Of a DNA stretch of 64,000 nt, positions 26,337-36,288 are shown piece after piece. Where the stretch lies: assembly GCA_965223425.1 (NCBI GenBank), contig OZ245003.1, positions 896,001 to 960,000 on the forward strand, read 5' to 3'. Within the stretch, counting starts at the first letter, position 1. Each line of letters opens with the position of its first letter. The position numbers were made by a program, and so were the translations under genes. The DNA is from Nitrosopumilus sp. (GTDB lineage: Archaea > Thermoproteota > Nitrososphaeria > Nitrososphaerales > Nitrosopumilaceae). Under the pieces are notes generated by a model. It had not been told where the DNA came from. It saw only the letters and a program-made list of their open reading frames with translations, and did no database searches.

Positions 26337-28562
26337 TCACATGCTTGTGTTTATGCTGGCATACCGCAAAACAGCAGTGGCAGATGCCGTACTGCTCCTT
26401 TGATATTCAGTAAATCCGGAAGGCACAGGCGGAATACTCCCCTGTGCAAATATCTGATTGTAAAAATAAAACTCTACAAAGTCTGCCTCTCTTACTGGGA
26501 CTGAAATCGTGTCTGTTATGGTAATTTCAGGATATGAGAACCGCGCAATGTGAGTAGCTGAGGTACTGTAACTTTGTGCTGTGTGGTCAGTATCTGGCGT
26601 ATCGCTGAAAAATATCTGTGTTCTGGTATTGCCGTTTATCTGTGTGATCTCCCCGTTGATGTACACCTCAATCCATGTTGTAAGCGGGTCTACGGGCCGA
26701 GGGGGCGGGGGAGGAGGCGGATTGCCCAGATACTTTCGGGTGTTTGTAATTTCAGACGTCCCAGATATGGTTGCCTGCACATGTGCTTTTGCGTTTCCGT
26801 CGTGCGTGGCAATCATGTATGCTATGGCCCCAGCCGTTGACTGTACACTGTGGATAAAGCCGTCTGGATTGTTTTGCGTAACAGTGTCTGATACAGAGTC
26901 TGCAATGTATAGTCCCGTGCCGCTCAGTACGTCTGCTACGTTCAGGGATGTCGGCACACCGTTGATTCTCATGTGAATGCTTTGGTATGTCGGGATTACT
27001 GGGACAAAGATGCCCTGTCCCTCTGTATAGTTTCCATCAAGATACCGCAAAGGCAGCGTTTCATCCAAACTGATTCCAGTTATCGTTACATCTCCTATCA
27101 CTGGAATCTTGACATAGGCATGAACGTTGTATAGGGTATCTTTTAGTTTGGATCCTGCAAATATTCTGTCATGTATGGTGTCGTGCAGTGTCACATCATT
27201 GTGGTGATCAAATATTACGGTTTGAATGTCCGGTGAACCGGCACTATGCATGATGGACTTGTCATGTATGTGGAGTATTCCGCCAATTTCAGATGACACA
27301 TCTGAATCCGGCGCAGGTATGCTTATCGTGCCTTGTTCTGTGGTAAATCCTGCCGCAATTGTGTGGCCGTCCCGGATTATGCTGTAGCCAGTATCAGGGG
27401 CCACTCCGGACACATCTATGAAATTTCTCTGCCCCAGTGCCGTTCCTTTGATCTCAGATGCCCCTCCTGCTGAATCAATTATCAGATAGTTGTCATTGCC
27501 TGATGGCAGCGTAATCGTAGTCTCAAAATTTCCAGAAAACGCATGAATCTCCCTTACTGGAAGCGTGTCATATATCCAGTGACTAAAATCGCCCACATTG
27601 TTGTAGTTTATTCTAAAGATTTTGGCACCGGGCCTCAGAATGTCCCCGATGTTCATATTTTGCGGATTTGCAGTGTCGCCAACTATGACATGGTATCTGC
27701 TAGTGGAGTCTGGCTGGACTATCAGGGGCGCATTTACTGTCACTGTATTGGTTCCAGATGCCGTGTACCTTCCCTTGCAACATTTTCCGTGGTATACAGA
27801 GGCACTGGCACTCTGCGTGTATTGGAATGTGGCAGATTTCTCAGAGTCATCTGCAGAGCCTGCCTCTAAGGCCAGACCTGTAGTTGCTGGGTTGCATGTG
27901 CAGTGATTTATCAAAAACCCGCGGGTTGCATCATGTGTAATTGTAATCAGATTATACGGGGACTCTGCTAACCGGATTGTGGTGCCCTGGCTGAGCTTTC
28001 CGGTCAGTACAATCTCTTCTACGTTATGATCATCTAGGTGCAGTATGGTTCTTCCCCTGCCTTCGATGAGAATCTTATCGTGCAGATCAACTTGTGCGTT
28101 GCCGTTTATTTTTCTAGAGTCAGTATATCCAAGTATGTTGGGATGATCATTTGATGAGACCCTTGACAAAACCCCACCGTCTCTGCCGACGTTTTCCATG
28201 TCATAGCCATGGTAAAACTCTGGTATCTCTGCAAGTCTGGAAAGCTCTGTGTCAAGTACGGCAGTTACAAACTTTGTCTGCGGATGCATTGTATTGTATG
28301 GTTTGATGGACTGTTCTTTGCCAAGCAGCAGTCCTGTTGCGTGTATTACTTTGCCGGTGTAACCCTCGTGTACGAGTCTGGAGCTTATTCCTACCCCATC
28401 TAGCATCGATGTGCCGTTGCCTGCACCGTCATTGCTTTCGTTTAATGCATCTGTGCCATCCAACACAAAGACGTTGCCTCTGCCAGTTACTATCTCGATG
28501 CTATCTGCATGTGCTGCACATGGCACAAAAAATGCAAGAATCAACAGTACGTACAGCCTCAT
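26337..28562 (-). CDS. Large secreted adhesin-like protein with poly-Pro stretch
   Basis: Signal peptide, beta-rich, NPPPPPPPRP; directly follows a pilin-like gene. Confidence 0.7.
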   Translation of the reverse strand: MRLYVLLILAFFVPCAAHADSIEIVTGRGNVFVLDGTDALNESNDGAGNGTSMLDGVGISSRLVHEGYTGKVIHATGLLLGKEQSIKPYNTMHPQTKFVTAVLDTELSRLAEIPEFYHGYDMENVGRDGGVLSRVSSNDHPNILGYTDSRKINGNAQVDLHDKILIEGRGRTILHLDDHNVEEIVLTGKLSQGTTIRLAESPYNLITITHDATRGFLINHCTCNPATTGLALEAGSADDSEKSATFQYTQSASASVYHGKCCKGRYTASGTNTVTVNAPLIVQPDSTSRYHVIVGDTANPQNMNIGDILRPGAKIFRINYNNVGDFSHWIYDTLPVREIHAFSGNFETTITLPSGNDNYLIIDSAGGASEIKGTALGQRNFIDVSGVAPDTGYSIIRDGHTIAAGFTTEQGTISIPAPDSDVSSEIGGILHIHDKSIMHSAGSPDIQTVIFDHHNDVTLHDTIHDRIFAGSKLKDTLYNVHAYVKIPVIGDVTITGISLDETLPLRYLDGNYTEGQGIFVPVIPTYQSIHMRINGVPTSLNVADVLSGTGLYIADSVSDTVTQNNPDGFIHSVQSTAGAIAYMIATHDGNAKAHVQATISGTSEITNTRKYLGNPPPPPPPRPVDPLTTWIEVYINGEITQINGNTRTQIFFSDTPDTDHTAQSYSTSATHIARFSYPEITITDTISVPVREADFVEFYFYNQIFAQGSIPPVPSGFTEYQRSSTASATAVLRYASINTSM

Positions 28563-28563
28563 G

Positions 28564-28917
28564 TTATCCCCTCGACGTAATTTGTGCTATTGCATCTGCA
28601 ACTCTGGGATCTGCAGGTATCGTATGTGTCTGCGATGAAAGAATGGTAGTTTCTGCCTTTTGCGTATGTATCACAAACCCTGAATCATCAAGTATTCGAA
28701 TCTCCCTGATGTGAATTGGAACAGAGCCCATGTTTTTTAGCCGCAGCTCCCCGTCTTGGATTGTGACTGCTGCCTGCTCCTGTAGTCGTTGTGCCTGCAT
28801 CTCTGCAGTCCTTTGCGTGGTATCTGAATATCTGACCTGCTCATCTGAAAAGGAGATCATCATGGATATCGAGGCTACTGCCACTGCCAAAACCCCTAAA
28901 ATCACAATCGGATTCAT
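28564..28917 (-). CDS. Pilin-like protein
   Basis: MNPIVILGVLAVAV helix and LKNMGSVPIHI motif. Confidence 0.65.
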   Translation of the reverse strand: MNPIVILGVLAVAVASISMMISFSDEQVRYSDTTQRTAEMQAQRLQEQAAVTIQDGELRLKNMGSVPIHIREIRILDDSGFVIHTQKAETTILSSQTHTIPADPRVADAIAQITSRG

Positions 28918-28966
28918 AACATTGCAAATTTGAGGAGTATTTAAGGCAAAAAATACCCTCACCGAT

Positions 28967-29048
28967 CACCCCGTTGTTGCCAACGGTAGGCAACAACAGG
29001 GCAATAAACCACCCCGTTGTTGCCAACAGTAGGCAACAACAGGGCAAT
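28967..29048. repeat. Tandem duplicated hairpin (43-bp period, x2)
   Basis: CACCCCGTTGTTGCCAAC(G/A)GTAGGCAACAACAGGGCAAT twice, each with a GTTGTTGCC/GGCAACAAC stem. Confidence 0.9.
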
Positions 29049-29785
29049 CAGCGGCCCTGACTTTTCTCTGGGGGTCCGGAAAATGTGGAATTGCCTGCTT
29101 GATTCAAAGAAGTCGCACCTGCATAATCTAGCAGCTCAAAGGTAAACATTACTGGCGGATCATCTGTGTTCCAAAACGGATTATATGCAATTGCAGTGAT
29201 TGGAAATGCAACGTCTTGCGATATCATAAATGTGCTTTGCTCAAAGATGCCGTACTGTATTGCAGATACGTCAAGTGTGTTGCCGTTTTGCAGCTCGATG
29301 CTGTCCTCAAAGCTTACCACAAGCTTGTCTCCGCTATACAGGGACGGTGAGACATCTCCCCAGACGGCTCCAACCTTTAGATGCTTTGGGGAATGCGGAG
29401 ATGCAAACTGTGCAATGTAAAAGATCGTCTCTTCAATGGAACGTGCGACATCCCTTCCTGCAAACGTGCTAACCTTCATCGTGTCTGAATCCAACAAAAA
29501 TATGTAGTGTGCAACTGCATTATCAACTGTGACTTCTGCTTGAACTATCCAGTAGCTTTTGTTTTCAGAAAATAGTTCTGCATAAAAATCCATTCTTATC
29601 TGGTAGCACTCATGCACTACTGATTGCGAGTCGCACACATGATACGTAAAAAAATCTCCCGGTATGATTGACTTTCCTGCATGCCACATGTCTGCTAAAT
29701 AATATGCAGCAATGTCGTCTGCATCATATGCAAATGCAGGTGTTACACATGCAATCAATACAGGTATCGCATAAACGTATCTCAT
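29048..29785 (-). CDS. Secreted hypothetical protein
   Basis: Signal peptide (TPAFA), 245-aa ORF. Confidence 0.7.
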   Translation of the reverse strand: MRYVYAIPVLIACVTPAFAYDADDIAAYYLADMWHAGKSIIPGDFFTYHVCDSQSVVHECYQIRMDFYAELFSENKSYWIVQAEVTVDNAVAHYIFLLDSDTMKVSTFAGRDVARSIEETIFYIAQFASPHSPKHLKVGAVWGDVSPSLYSGDKLVVSFEDSIELQNGNTLDVSAIQYGIFEQSTFMISQDVAFPITAIAYNPFWNTDDPPVMFTFELLDYAGATSLNQAGNSTFSGPPEKSQGR

Positions 29786-29830
29786 AAAAATAAAATGGGG
29801 TTTTTGGTTAAAAGAACAGTTTCTAATCTT

Positions 29831-30064
29831 TTATTTCCATTCTTGGTATCCGTCCAGAGTCCATACCTTCCAGCCTTTTTTGGCAAGCCTGCCATTAAAG
29901 ATCATCACCTTGCATCTGCGGCAAATCTTGATTGGTATGTTCTCCCTTTTTCGCTTCTCAAGTCTAACCAAAATACTTGGGGTGTTCAATGAGGCGATTT
30001 GGCATTCTGGACACCTGGGAGAATCATCCCGGCCATGTGTATTACTCGTCTCTTTATTTTTCAT
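29831..30064 (-). CDS. Small zinc-finger protein
   Basis: CPEC...CRRC. Confidence 0.55.
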   Translation of the reverse strand: MKNKETSNTHGRDDSPRCPECQIASLNTPSILVRLEKRKRENIPIKICRRCKVMIFNGRLAKKGWKVWTLDGYQEWK

Positions 30065-30656
30065 TATTACCGTACTGTACGGTACAGATCGATAAAAGCC
30101 TTATGTGCAGTTTGCCGTTTGCAAATGTCCCAATTGATGCAGAACAAAGAATAGAGGCAAGACCCCATGCATTCTAGATCGGATTTTGTGAGTTATCCAC
30201 TGACATGCATACCAAGCCAGCATTTCATTCAAGCTCAGATGGACTGGCAGAATATTCGAAAAATCCAAAAACGCCAAAAGAGATAATCAAGGGTTGAGAA
30301 AAATTCCGCATCCCTGACTTGCACTTTTGGTATTTTTTATTTGCAGTTCCCGTCTGAGAAAACAATATCCTGGCTGACTTGAAATTTTGGGCCTTTTATT
30401 TGAGGGCATATTTGATGCCGTGTCCAAAAATCCAAAACTGTCATTGTTTGAGGAGCTTGCAAGGGAGATGCTTGAAAATATCTGCAAGAGCCGCAGACCC
30501 TGCCATATGCCTGGCAGCTAGGACAGGCTACTGCCTTTTAAAATACTGCAGATAGCATGTCATGGATGAAACAGTAACAATTTCAAAAAAGTCATTCCAA
30601 GCCATACAGGAATTCATTATGCAGTGTGTAAAGAAGATAGATGAGATAGAAGAGGA

Positions 30657-30764
30657 CCTGCAGTGGCCCAAAGACATTACATGAGATTGCAAGCTCATGC
30701 AATGGCCATGCCAATTTCGATCATTGCGCCTGCAGTAGCTCAAAGACATTACATGAGATTGCAA
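30657..30764 (+). CRISPR. Putative mini-CRISPR (repeat-spacer-repeat)
   Basis: 36-bp repeats (34/36 identical) ending ATTGCAA, separated by a 36-bp unique spacer; no cas genes in the window. Confidence 0.45.
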
Positions 30765-30902
30765 AGGGCCACACCTCCAAAAATATTTTTTGCTGATTAT
30801 GATGTGGTTGCAAGTATTATTGTAAATGAGATCCCTGGCAGTCAATTTGCCCCAAACTGCATCTGTCTGCAGAAAATTCTGATACGAACCGTGCAGATAT
30901 AA

Positions 30903-32140
30903 TCAGATCGTATCTTCCTTGCAGACAGATGCATCCATATTTTTTATCATATGCAAGATTCCTGTTTCCTCTAGTTTGTCTCTAAGATCCCTGAGCTCCT
31001 TTAAATCCTGCATCATCTTTACGTTTGCAACAGACTGGAGCTTTTGATTCTGGCGTGCCTCCTTCTTGGTTGTTTCAAGCTCAGTCTTTAGACGAATGTC
31101 ATCAGATATTGTAAGATATGGGATTGCCTTTTGATATTCTGGGAATCGCTCAAAGTCTTCTTCTACGTATCTCTCATAGTTTTTCTCAAGGCCTACCCTG
31201 TGGCCCATCATGTCTTCCTTGTCTAGATAATTTACCTTTGCACGGCGCAACATCGTGTTGAAATATTTTCTAAAGCCATGATCAAGTTTTACTGCATGTC
31301 TCTTTCGTCCGGGTGGCAGTGGCAGTCTCAATCCTGCCTCCCTTGCAAGCATATCTACTCTTTTTCTTACTCCTTTTTGCATTAATCTCTTCATGCAGAT
31401 TTGATCAGTTGATCTTAACAATGGATTGTTAGGTTTTGGATATTCGGTGAGGTCGTTTTTCCACTTTTCTCTGTACGCCCACAAATATCCACATGCCTCC
31501 GGTGTGATAAATGTCCAGTAGCTTTCAGGGTCTCCGCGATACACCAGCAGTGCCGCTCCTTTGAATGTATCATCCTCGTGTCTGAAAAAAACTACATCCT
31601 GCCACGTAAAGTAATCCCATGACTCTAGTCTAAACCCTGCAGAAGAAAACATGGTCAAAATTACCTTGTCTGTAAGGTCATGTGCAAGTGACAGCATCTT
31701 TTGGATCTCTTCTCTGGTGTACGCCCTGTCTTGAGAGTTTACAGGTCTTGGATACAGGTGATACAAACGCTTCCAATGCAGTGCGGCATCGTTTGTATCA
31801 AGTAAAACTTTGATTGGCTTGACATAGTTTGGAATTGTGTTGGGACTAATACTGCCCTGTTCTACTAGTTTGACATAATGTTTGATGTATTCAGAAATAA
31901 TGTTGGTACCAATTATGCTGTGAGACTTGCACAACAACACAAAACATTCGGCTTGTGACTCTACAGTCTCATTTGGAATTTTACTGCTCAATTCCTCGTA
32001 AAGACCTGGTGGTATCTCTCCAAGAAATCGTTGCAGGTACTTGTATAGTGTCTTTTTGTTCCAGCATTTTTTATGCCGTCAAGAAACTTTTCATAGGGGA
32101 TACCGTCCTGAGATATTGTCTTCAAATCAATTTTTAACAT
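30903..32140 (-). pseudogene. int: Tyrosine integrase of the ICE, with a 1-nt frameshift at about 32040-32060
   Basis: AGFR, HGFRK, MGH and Y catalytic motifs. N-terminus MLKIDL...TKRHYT joins YLQRFLGEIPP in another frame. Confidence 0.85.
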
Positions 32141-32184
32141 ACGTTTTCCATGCCTAGAATCTAATTTAAGCACTCTAAGGGTAA

Positions 32185-32209
32185 TGGACCGGATGGTGTC
32201 ACAGCCCAC
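32185..32209 (-). repeat. att-like degenerate copy of the tRNA-Val 3' end
   Basis: TGGACCGGATGG identical to 35661-35672; CCCAC in the same register as the T-arm. Confidence 0.75.
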
Positions 32210-32619
32210 AGTGGGTTCAGACCGTCTTTTCATACGACGGCAGAAAGCGATTGGGGCGCTTACAATATCCCTATTTCTTATTTTTTAATCGGTGTTGGTT
32301 AAAATAGTAATAACAAGAATATGGATACATGGATAGAGACAAAAAAAAGCCAGAAAGAGAATTTACCGTAATCCGACACAACCTAATGGTGGAGGCAACT
32401 GCACCAAAGCGCCCAAAGCCTGTTGATACCAACACATCTGACTAGGTTCCAGCAACTTGCCCTTCTTTTCTTATGCCTTTGTGCACTAAAATCTGAAAAC
32501 TTGGCATCTGACCTGATCATAGAAATCTGTGTTTATCAGTTTCTAGCTAATTGACACGATGTGTTTATATATAATTAGCTTAGGCAAAAGCTAATTATCC
32601 AAACAAACATTACCAAATC

Positions 32620-33892
32620 ATGGGCATTTTGGGCGCCTCTCAAAAATATCTTACAACATGGCTTGTGGAATATACTGATGAGTTCTTTGTCTTGCTGTAT
32701 TATGATATAGGGGGAACTGCAAAGTCTACTGCCAAAGAAGTCTTTGATCACGGCAGGAGTTTGGTACTTTATGGTGGCAGGGGCATTGGCAAAACGACTC
32801 TTATGCAAGGCATACTGTGGCACGGATTAAAAAACCATGGAAATACGGGAAAGAAATTTCTTCCAGTAAATGTGGTAATTACGGGTGCAAATACGGTCAC
32901 TACCATGAGTGATTTAGAAGACAAATTCTACCAATCTGTCTTGGAAGGGATTTACTTTACACTGCACGTAGAATCAAAGTACAAAAAAAATAAACCACAT
33001 GTTAGAAAGAATAACTCCATGGCTGGGGGCCGGAGCAATCACTGCAGCTGGAATGGTCTATCCCTCGGTGGCCCTAGCAGCAGGAATAGTACAAAAAGGT
33101 CTTGAAAACCTGATCAAAAAAATCAAAGTAGATAACATTGATTCATTAATTCTGTCCAAGGATGTAAATCCAAAGATAGTAGTAAATCAGGTCTTACAGC
33201 AGATAGAAAAAGACGGCATAATTCCCATATTTACGATTGATGAACTGGACAAAATAACCGATGATGGCCTGCTTTCTGATTTTTTTGAAGGGCAGCAGGG
33301 ATGGTTTCAAGGAAAGCGATGTTTGATTTCACTGTCTCACACATACGGACAGTCATTGAAGAACGCCACGATACATTCTGTAAAGCGGTTTTGTGCTGTA
33401 CAGGAGATCCATGGAGTTACTACAAAGGAGAATTTTGACAATATAATTCAAAAGCGCTTCCAGCTGGGAATCTCCGAAATTGAGAATAACAAAAAGGTTG
33501 TGGAAAAACATTCAAAGAACATCATAACCAATCATATCTCAACACAGATAATCAACAACTTTACCCCACACATCAACCTGATGCTGGAAGAGGTCTATAC
33601 AGGAATAAAAAATGCCCTAAGGAACAACAGTACTATTCTCAGGATTGATGACTTTCCAATATTGAATAGAATGGAGACAGAACATCCAACAGAGCTGGAG
33701 CAGTTGATTTTAGATGAGCTTGCAGGGGGTAAAAAACAGCCCAACGAGCTGGCAACCACCCTTGCAAAGAACCCATCCGTAATATCGCGCAGTCTTACCA
33801 AAATGAAGAAATCCGAATGGGTTGGTTCGGAGGGATCTAGGACAAAAAATTATTTTATCAAGCAGAAAGGCGAAGCTGCCAGACACAGATAG
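32620..33892 (+). pseudogene. P-loop ATPase with C-terminal MarR-like wHTH, split by a frameshift at the A8 run (32983-32990)
   Basis: Walker A GGRGIGKT in the first ORF; Walker B IDELD and HTH in the second. Confidence 0.75.
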
Positions 33893-33965
33893 GAAAAATG
33901 ATGGCTAACTGACTGCCAAGTGAACAGAGGAATTCAAAAAGATCAATTTCTGAGTTTTTTCAAAA

Positions 33966-35219
33966 TCATGCATCAAGACGGCTCCAATCCCTATCGTCTG
34001 TTCCGCCGGTGATAAACATGGCCCCGACCAGAGTCAAATCTCCCTCTTTTGTATTATCATCTTTGATGTTTTTTTCCTTTTCGTGCATTCCCATCTTGTT
34101 TCCAATCTGCCTTATTGATTCGACCAGATTTGCCACATCGTGATCATCATCATAATCTTTGAGAATGTTAGACACATTACTTTCCCATGCCCTCATATCA
34201 GGTGACTCTATTATGCTAAATATTTCACTGCCTTCTTCATCAGATAAAATTCCTGCAGAACCTGTAATCAAACCCATTATTCTGTCTATGCTCCTACGGT
34301 ATTGTGTATTTTCAGAACGCATTTGGTTTATGGTCTGAGTATCATTTACCATTCTTTGCCTTATTGCATCCCTTGCAATCTTGTCGATAAACAGCAACTG
34401 TTCAAAGGATTTACCATAATCTTCATCATCCATCGGCAGGTGCTTGTCAGTATCTTCTGTACATACTACTATCTTAAATGCGTCTATATCATCAATTACG
34501 GTTGCCTTTCTTGTCTTGTAATCAAATAATACTGCATGAAAGCGTCTCTTTGGATTCTCCTGAATATATGCTACAATTACCGTATTCTCATGTCCTTTTT
34601 TACCGCTTCTCCTTCCCATGGGAATCTTTAGCATTTGATCAATTCCAGTTTTTTTGACATACTGGTTTATCTCGTTTAATGGTGATATTGCAGGCATCAA
34701 GTCCGATTCATGTTCAAGTTTCTCAGCGGTGTTTTTTACATCGCCGTTGCCTGCAAACGCACGTATCTGATTTGCCGTGCTGCCGTTGAATTGTTTTGGA
34801 TTTGCACCTTCACCCAATATTCCAGTATCCAAACCTATTGTATCATCGATGGTCTCAATCTTTTCAATCAGCCTTCCCACAAGCTTCAACAGTTCGTCTA
34901 GTCCCTTGTCTGGAAAACATTCCCTAGAGTGTACCATATCATAACTGCTTGTGAGTCTGTCTATCCTACCTATTCGCTGAACTATCCTCATTGGGTTCCA
35001 CGGCAGATCATAGTTTATGACATAGTTGCAGTCCTGTAGGTTTTGACCCTCTGATAATACCTCCGTTGAAATCAAGATATCTGCCTGTTCTTCTGGCATT
35101 GGTTCGTCTTCTGTGGTGTTTGCCTTGGGTGCGAATTGTTTTATCATGTTCTGTCTGGTCTTTTTTTCAACCTCACCTGTAATCAGCAAGATCTTCTTTG
35201 AGGGAAACTTCTCTTCCAT
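33966..35219 (-). pseudogene. SNF2/SF2 helicase C-terminal half, 5'-truncated at the MITE
   Basis: STEVLSEGQNLQ, NYDLPWNP, QRIGRIDR; no Walker A/B domain. Confidence 0.85.
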
Positions 35220-35319
35220 AGACCTTATGCGTAATCGACTAAGAATTCAAAATCAAATTGGTTTACTAAGGTAAAAATCATCTAGCAACATTAGTTTGAT
35301 CGATTACGCATAAGGTCTA
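35219..35319. mobile_element. MITE family A (97 bp, TA-flanked, IS630/Tc1-type ends)
   Basis: Perfect 20-bp IR TAGACCTTATGCGTAATCGA; second copy inverted at 52253-52351. Confidence 0.9.
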
Positions 35320-35646
35320 ATACACCACAAACAAGGGCATCCTGCCAGATGCACTCGTTGTCGAGATGCGCGAATCCTTTACACGCTCCGAAGAGCTGCT
35401 TGACTTGGAGATGTCAAAGGAGGATCCGATACTGGATCAAAAGCAGGAACTGCAAAACACCATACAAAACGCAACGCCAGACGAGCTTGGCTCCATGCTA
35501 GAGATGATTCAGGTTCTGAACATCGGCAAGACGGGCCAAGCCAGACGGTAGTTGCAGCAGACCAGGTCAAAGACATGTTGGTGCAAGGTTACAGGTTCAT
35601 AGGCGTACTGCCAGACGGACAGGTTGTTTTAGAAGGTACGGTTTGA
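35320..35646 (+). pseudogene. C-terminal remnant of a second archaeal tyrosine integrase
   Basis: YTTNKGILP..VEMRESF and tail VVAADQVKDMLVQGYRFIGVLPDGQVVLE, typical of an archaeal integrase family; adjacent to the tRNA. Confidence 0.7.
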
Positions 35647-35660
35647 ACCCACAAGGGGTA

Positions 35661-35754
35661 TGGACCGGATGGGATTTGAACCCACGACCTTTGCGGGAAT
35701 TACTTCCTTACGCAGTGTGAGTGCGTCATCCAAACCAAACTAGACGACCGGTCC
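35661..35754 (-). tRNA. tRNA-Val(CAC) with an apparent non-canonical intron 3' of the anticodon stem
   Basis: Acceptor GGACCGG/CCGGTCC-A, anticodon arm ACGCA-CTCACAC-TGCGT, T-arm GTGGGTTCAAATCCCAT; about 19 extra nt in the variable region. Confidence 0.92.
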
Positions 35755-35838
35755 AATAACTTTACAAAAACCAAGCTTTTGTGTCTTTAGATTCTGTAAT
35801 TACCTTGGCCTTTAGTACTGAAATTATATGATCTCCTT

Positions 35839-36087
35839 ATGTCCCTACAAGAGTTTGATGCTTTAATTGATAGAATGAAATTGGCATGTGAGTATGCTGA
35901 AAATCTTGGACAATACACTGATGCTGCTAAGGTTCTCTTTCAGATGAACGAGCAACTGCCTGATGATCTGCAGCTAACCCTTGACGAATTAGAAAATCAT
36001 GATGCTGCAAAATCATTTGTCACACAACACAAATCTGATATAAAATCTGCAATTGTGGAGCACAGGCAAAGACTGATGAGTTTTTAG
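35839..36087 (+). CDS. Hypothetical protein
   Basis: Clean 82-aa ORF in core context. Confidence 0.65.
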   Translation: MSLQEFDALIDRMKLACEYAENLGQYTDAAKVLFQMNEQLPDDLQLTLDELENHDAAKSFVTQHKSDIKSAIVEHRQRLMSF

Positions 36088-36089
36088 TT

Positions 36090-36257
36090 CTACTTCTTAA
36101 CGCCGAGATTTCTGTTCTTTAGTCTCAAGTATGGATTTCTGCATTTTCTACATCTTGTTGCCCCGATATCATTTCTGCATCCGCAGTTAAAGCAAATTCT
36201 CATCACAAGACGTGCTTGTTGCGCAATGCGTTTTTTTTCAGGGTCAGTAATTGGCAT
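36090..36257 (-). CDS. rpl40e: 50S ribosomal protein L40e (not in ORF track)
   Basis: RICFNCGCRNDIGATRCRKCRNPYLRLK. Confidence 0.92.
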   Translation of the reverse strand: MPITDPEKKRIAQQARLVMRICFNCGCRNDIGATRCRKCRNPYLRLKNRNLGVKK

Positions 36258-36288
36258 TAGTCTTTCTCCAAAACCTCTCTCTTTTATT

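Larger units (their letters stand above)
1..32196. mobile_element. Integrative conjugative-like element (right part; left end is outside the window)
   Basis: VirB4-like ATPase, T4P ATPase, platform protein and pilins, plus a tyrosine integrase at the right end beside a 12-bp copy of the tRNA-Val 3' end (32185-32196). Backbone genes are visibly more GC-rich than the core genes. Confidence 0.8.

Noticed and set aside
28967-29048. Twin repeats as a CRISPR array
   Set aside because: Only 4 nt separate the copies, so there is no spacer.
31988-32233. 81-aa ORF as a separate gene or an SSV1-type att-split integrase fragment
   Set aside because: It is the frameshifted integrase N-terminus starting at 32140; the att lies upstream of that start.
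32280-32330. Loose similarity to 52211-52250 (TTTTT.ATCGGTGT.GGT...GGATACA)
   Set aside because: Too short and gapped to distinguish from chance.
35877-35888. 12-nt match (GAAATTGGCATG) to the reverse complement of the mini-array spacer
   Set aside because: Short enough to arise by chance in 64 kb, and it does not extend.
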